This document shows positions 59,637 to 64,000 of a stretch of DNA of 64,000 nt, in pieces; position 1 is the stretch's first letter, and each line of letters begins with the position of its first letter. This DNA is from Candidatus Latescibacterota bacterium (GTDB lineage Bacteria > Latescibacterota > UBA2968 > GCA-2709665). A program made the translations under genes and the position numbers. The stretch lies in assembly GCA_965222075.1 (NCBI GenBank), contig OZ244937.1, positions 4,544,001 through 4,608,000 on the forward strand, given 5' to 3'. The notes beneath the pieces are model-generated. The model saw only the letters and a program-made list of their open reading frames with translations, searched no databases and was not told the origin of the DNA.

Positions 59637-62183
59637 ATGAAGCTTTATTTTCTGGGAGGCGCCGACGAGGTCGGCGCGTCGTGCACGCTGGTTGAGATCG
59701 AGGGGCGCCGCATCCTGGTGGATGCAGGCATCCGGATGGGGGCCGCGCCCGGGGCGCACCTGCCCAATTTCTCGGTGTTAGACGAGGTGGGCTCGCCCGA
59801 GGAGGTGCTTTTAACCCACGCGCATACGGACCACACCGGGGCGCTGCCGGTGCTGGTTCCCGGGCTGCCTGCGGGGGTGCGCATCCGGTGTACGCCGCCC
59901 ACGCAGGCGATTACACGGGTGCTGCTGACCGATGCGGTCAAGATTATGGAGCAGCGAGGGGAGGGAGACGGGGAGTTGCCGCTTTATCCGCCCGAAGCAG
60001 TCGATGTGAGCCTGGGTCGGATGGCCTACGTGCCCTTTCTGTCCACGGTGCCCATTTGCGACGGGGCGCTGAAGGCGACCTGGATTCCGGCCGGGCACAT
60101 CCTGGGGGCGGCGTCGATTTATATCGAGGGGCGGCGGGAGAGCCTGCTGATGACGGGGGATGTGTCGGTGGCCAACCAGCAGACGATTTCGGGGATGGCC
60201 GTGCCCCAGTGCCGTCCGGATGTGGTGGTGATGGAGTCGACCTACGGAAACCGGCAGCACGCAGACCGGGCGCAGCAGGAGACGGCATTGGCCCTGCGGG
60301 TGGCCGAGGCGATCCAGGCCGGGGGCAAGGTGCTGATCCCCGCCTTTGCCGTGGGCCGCGCACAGGAGGTGATCCTGGTTCTGTCCCGGGCGATGCGGAG
60401 GGGGCATGTGCCCGCCTTCCCGGTGTTTGTAGATGGCATGGTCCGGTCGGTGAATGCGGTTTACACGGCTTTTCCTGAGGATCTGGCCCCGCCGCTGCGC
60501 CGCCGGGTGTTGAAAGGGGAGGATGCGTTTTATTCGGAGTCTGTTTCGGCAGTGGCGGTTCCGGCAGATCGAGAGCAGGTACTGGAGGGCCCGCCCTGCT
60601 GTATTGTGGCGAGTTCGGGGATGCTGATTGGAGGGGCGTCGAGTTTTTACGCACAGCGGCTGGTGGGGGGTGCAGAAAACTTGATCGCGATTACAGGGTA
60701 TCAGGATGAGGAGTCGCCGGGACGGGCGTTGCTGGCGCTGGCTCAGGCGCCGGAGGGGGCGGGGAGGGCGCTGACGCTGAACGGGCAGCGGGTGGGGGTG
60801 GCATGCCAGGTGGAGACCTATTCCCTGTCTGCGCATGCAGACAGCGGAGAGCTGGCCTCGCTGGTGAGGCGGCTCTCGCCCCGGTCGGTTTACTTAGTGC
60901 ATGGGGACGGGGACGCGCGGGCTGCGCTGGCGTCGGTCCTGGACCTGCACCTGCCCGAGGGGGTGCACCTGCCGGAGAACGGCGGGGTTTACACGGTGGA
61001 GGAGGCGGTGTCGAGACAGAAGCGGCGCTACGGCCGCCTGGTGTCTGTGCAGGGGATTTCGGGAGGGCGGACGGCCGATGCGGAGGCGTTGGACGAGGTG
61101 CGGGCCTACCTGCTGGAGACGGGGATGAAAGGCGCGCTGCGGGCGCAGGAACTGGCCGAGATCTGGCACGGGACGGAGGGGGTGGGACCGGCCGAGGCGG
61201 AGGGCTTCAAGGCACTTTTGGACGAACCGCAGACGGCGTTTGTTGCAGACCATCGCCGGCCCTATCTCTATCACGTCGCTGAGGAAACGACGGAGGAGGC
61301 GGGCCTGATGGAGATGAACGAGGCCCGGGTGCGGATTCAGGGGGCTTTTCCGCCCGAGGCGGGGCTTTTCAAGTGCAGCGCGTATGTCGAAGAGGGGGTC
61401 TACGAACTGGCGTTTCACTTTCCGGATGTGATCGAGGCGCAGTACGGGGAGCAGATCCGGGCGCTGGAGGCAGAGACGGGGTGGACTCTCCGGTTGCGGG
61501 AGACGGCCCACCAGGGGCGGCTGTTTGAAGAGGCCCTGGCGGCCGTGCCGGAAGGGACTACACCGTTGAGGGCGCCGGCGCTCCGGCTGGAGAAGCGCGA
61601 GGTGGCGGTGGCGGTGGTGGTATCAGAGGCCTTAGGAGCGGACTGGGAAGGGCTGGCCGAGGCGGCCGGGCAGCGCTTTTGCGAGACGACGGGGTACAGG
61701 CTCCGGCTGGTCCAGCCGGGTGAGAAAGGGCCTCCACCCCCTGCCGAGGCCCCGGACGAAGCGTGGGAGATCAACCGCGCGTATGCAGAGATCCGGGGGG
61801 CTTTTCAAGGGGGACAGCACACGCCCTATAGGATCGGTCTCAAGTCGGACGCCGGAGGGTCGTATATCGAGACGGCGTTTATCTCGCCGGCGGTGGGGGG
61901 GCGCTACCGGGACCTGCTGGAGCGGCTGTCGGCGCGGATCGGGTGGTCGATCCGGGTGCGGGAGTCGGCCAACCAGGAGCAACTTGCGCAGGAGGCGCGG
62001 CGGATCACGTCGGAGGCGTGCACGGTGCGGTGCGCACCGAGGTTTTTCGCGGGCGAAGGGCGCGTGGTGATGCCGGTGGTACAGGCGCCCGATGAGGCAG
62101 AGCAGGAGACGCTTCGGGAGGCGTTTCGGGAAGCGACGGGGTTTGAGATCGAGTGGGAGGAGGCAAAGAGAGGCCGGGGGTAA
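59637..62183 (+). CDS. MBL-fold beta-CASP ribonuclease (CPSF73/aCPSF-like) with long C-terminal repeat region
   Basis: LGGADEVGASC, THAHTDH, AGHILGA, TGD, MESTYG, PAFAVGRAQE, ASSGML, GYQDEESPG, SAHAD, VHGD. Confidence 0.9.
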   Translation: MKLYFLGGADEVGASCTLVEIEGRRILVDAGIRMGAAPGAHLPNFSVLDEVGSPEEVLLTHAHTDHTGALPVLVPGLPAGVRIRCTPPTQAITRVLLTDAVKIMEQRGEGDGELPLYPPEAVDVSLGRMAYVPFLSTVPICDGALKATWIPAGHILGAASIYIEGRRESLLMTGDVSVANQQTISGMAVPQCRPDVVVMESTYGNRQHADRAQQETALALRVAEAIQAGGKVLIPAFAVGRAQEVILVLSRAMRRGHVPAFPVFVDGMVRSVNAVYTAFPEDLAPPLRRRVLKGEDAFYSESVSAVAVPADREQVLEGPPCCIVASSGMLIGGASSFYAQRLVGGAENLIAITGYQDEESPGRALLALAQAPEGAGRALTLNGQRVGVACQVETYSLSAHADSGELASLVRRLSPRSVYLVHGDGDARAALASVLDLHLPEGVHLPENGGVYTVEEAVSRQKRRYGRLVSVQGISGGRTADAEALDEVRAYLLETGMKGALRAQELAEIWHGTEGVGPAEAEGFKALLDEPQTAFVADHRRPYLYHVAEETTEEAGLMEMNEARVRIQGAFPPEAGLFKCSAYVEEGVYELAFHFPDVIEAQYGEQIRALEAETGWTLRLRETAHQGRLFEEALAAVPEGTTPLRAPALRLEKREVAVAVVVSEALGADWEGLAEAAGQRFCETTGYRLRLVQPGEKGPPPPAEAPDEAWEINRAYAEIRGAFQGGQHTPYRIGLKSDAGGSYIETAFISPAVGGRYRDLLERLSARIGWSIRVRESANQEQLAQEARRITSEACTVRCAPRFFAGEGRVVMPVVQAPDEAEQETLREAFREATGFEIEWEEAKRGRG

Positions 62184-62271
62184 AATTTCGTCATTTGGTC
62201 CTGTAGAAGGCCTGCACGCTGTGCTCAGGGTACGATCGTTGCAGGCCCTTGACGCATGGTGCCCCTGAGAT
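62182..62271 (+). repeat. Dispersed repeat family A, copy at the 3' end of the beta-CASP gene
   Basis: Inverted homolog of 57171-57261; contains the stem ggcctgca...tgcaggcc. Confidence 0.85.
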
Positions 62272-62338
62272 GGCGATTGTGGTCGACCACCCTCTCAAGG
62301 CCGTCAAGGTTGAATAAAAGGGTTTAAACGGGGCGATT

Positions 62339-63556
62339 ATGACCAGCGTAAACGACCGTGAGTACAGCCCCAAGGCTCGGCCTGTGGTCGGGGTTTGTAT
62401 CGATGGGAGCGACCAGGCCTACCTGAGTGCTGCAGCAGAGGGGATGCCCAACCTGCAGGCGATCTGTAAGAAGGGGCACCACGGGCTGGTTCATACGGTT
62501 ATTCCTTCGTTTACCAACCCAAACAATATCGCGATTGTCACCGGTACCACACCGGATGTGAACGGTATTCCGGGAAATTTTTACTATGACGCAGAGGCGG
62601 ATGAGGAAGTGATGATGAATGACCCGAAATACCTCCTTACGCCCACCATTCTTGAGGCCTTCAGCACGGCGGGCCGGTCTGTGGCTGCGGTGACGACGAA
62701 GGACAAGCTGCGTCGCTTTCTGGCCAAGGGGCTACGGGGCATCTGTTTTTCGGTGGAGCGGGCCTACGAAACAACGGTCGAGGAGCACGGGATCGAGGGG
62801 GTCCGGGACCTGATCGGGCGTGAGAATCCCGGAATCTACGATCCGGAGGCGAGTGTGTACTGCCTTGAGGCCGGCGTCCGGCTGCTGCAACAGTACCCGA
62901 TTGACCTGATGTACCTGTCCACCACGGATTATGTGCAGCATAAATACGCGCCGGGAAGCCCGGAGGCCAACCGATTCTACGCCCGCCTGGATTTCTTTCT
63001 GGGCGAACTGGATGCCCAGGATGTGATTCTGGGCGTCACGGCCGACCACGGCATGAATGCCAAGGTCAAACCGGACGGGACACCCAGGGTAGAGTTTATC
63101 GAAACGCGGCTGAAAGCGGAGGGTGTTGCGGACGTTCGAGTGATTCTGCCGATCACCGATCCGTACGTGGTGCACCACGGGGCGCTGGGTTCTTACGCCA
63201 CGATCTACGCCAACGCAGACCATGCCGCCTGCGCTGAAGAGATCCTCAAGGCGGTGCCGGGAGTTGAGATGGTGCTCACCCGTGAAGAGGCGGTGTCGCG
63301 TTTTTCTCTTCCGGGTGAACGCATTGGGGATCTGGTGGTCCTGGGCGACCGGGATACGGTTCTGGGACGCACGCCGGAATGGCACGATCTGTCGGTCGTT
63401 GAATCGGGCCTGCGGTCGCACGGCGGGTTGCACGAAGGCGTCGTTCCGATGGTCCTGAACCGGCCGCTGAAGCCGGAATACGCCGAGCGCCTAACTTCCG
63501 GCAGGGCGAGGAATTTCGATCTGTTTGATTTCCTGTGTAACGGGACGAAGGATTAA
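62339..63556 (+). CDS. phnA: Phosphonoacetate hydrolase
   Basis: VCIDG, PSFTNPNN, STTDYVQH, TADHGM, PITDPYVVHHGALGS, LRSHGG. Confidence 0.93.
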   Translation: MTSVNDREYSPKARPVVGVCIDGSDQAYLSAAAEGMPNLQAICKKGHHGLVHTVIPSFTNPNNIAIVTGTTPDVNGIPGNFYYDAEADEEVMMNDPKYLLTPTILEAFSTAGRSVAAVTTKDKLRRFLAKGLRGICFSVERAYETTVEEHGIEGVRDLIGRENPGIYDPEASVYCLEAGVRLLQQYPIDLMYLSTTDYVQHKYAPGSPEANRFYARLDFFLGELDAQDVILGVTADHGMNAKVKPDGTPRVEFIETRLKAEGVADVRVILPITDPYVVHHGALGSYATIYANADHAACAEEILKAVPGVEMVLTREEAVSRFSLPGERIGDLVVLGDRDTVLGRTPEWHDLSVVESGLRSHGGLHEGVVPMVLNRPLKPEYAERLTSGRARNFDLFDFLCNGTKD

Positions 63557-63622
63557 GCGGGCTCTCACCCCCGTGACCTACCAGGGTGAGGGCATTTTAC
63601 CAACAAGATAGAGGGGACGGTT

Positions 63623-64000
63623 ATGCGAAAGAGGATTCTGCTGTCGCGCACGTTTCGGAACCTGGAACTGAATTCGGATCCGCGACGAGAAGGACTGGCG
63701 GCGCTGGGAAAGCTGGCGGCGCTGGAGGGATACGAAGACGAACTGACCGGAGAGGATGCGGAAGGGGTGATTGCCGTGATCGCCAGTTCATCACTGATTC
63801 ATCCAGGCTTCTACGAGGAGGGGAAGGACCTGCGGATTATCTCCCGGTGGGGTGTAGGATACGAGAAGGTTAACCTTGACGTGGCGACGCAGCACGGGGT
63901 GATGGTGACGGTTGCCCCGGAACACATGGAGACGGTGGCGGAGTATACGATTGCGCAGTGGATGGCCACGCTCAAGCGGGTGTATACCCTCAACCGCGCC
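63623..64000 (+). CDS. D-isomer-specific 2-hydroxyacid dehydrogenase (partial, runs off the window end)
   Basis: Manual translation: ...DLRIISRWGVGYEKVNLDVATQHGVMVT...TVAEYTIA... Confidence 0.85.
   Translation, partial: MRKRILLSRTFRNLELNSDPRREGLAALGKLAALEGYEDELTGEDAEGVIAVIASSSLIHPGFYEEGKDLRIISRWGVGYEKVNLDVATQHGVMVTVAPEHMETVAEYTIAQWMATLKRVYTLNRA

Noticed and set aside
57171-62271. Composite transposon or IS
   Set aside because: No transposase, the repeats are only ~77% identical, and no target-site duplication was recognised. Kept only as a repeat family.

Overview
A gene-dense, GC-rich (roughly 60-65% by eye) chromosomal segment from a diderm bacterium. Gene content suggests an FCB-group or Latescibacterota-like organism, which is inference only. 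I found no rRNA, tRNA, CRISPR array, transposase, integrase or prophage. Most of the window is housekeeping: mtnA (partial), rsfS, carA/pyrC, glnB-glnE, ndk-yceD-rpmF-fabH-fabG-acpP-fabF-rnc-lipoate ligase, bioA-bioD and phnA. The standout locus is a four-gene operon at 48521-54975, divergent from the fatty-acid synthesis operon. It encodes a fatty acyl-CoA reductase, an HX4D acyltransferase with a large unknown N-terminal domain, a strongly eukaryote-type alkyl-DHAP synthase (AGPS) and a DHRS7B/PexRAP-like SDR. Together these look like the peroxisomal ether-lipid pathway, in pathway order, in a bacterium. A second uncharacterised system (25059-41682) links a GlmL-family ATPase, without glutamate mutase genes, to four unknown membrane proteins, an orphan OppD/OppF pair and a complete Opp transporter. 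Other notable items are a beta-CASP nuclease with C-terminal repeats and a long 5' leader hairpin, two families of dispersed intergenic repeats, a 60-bp duplicated gene fragment, and an rnc gene with no canonical start for its full-length frame. All family calls come from motif recognition and recalled sequences, not database searches.
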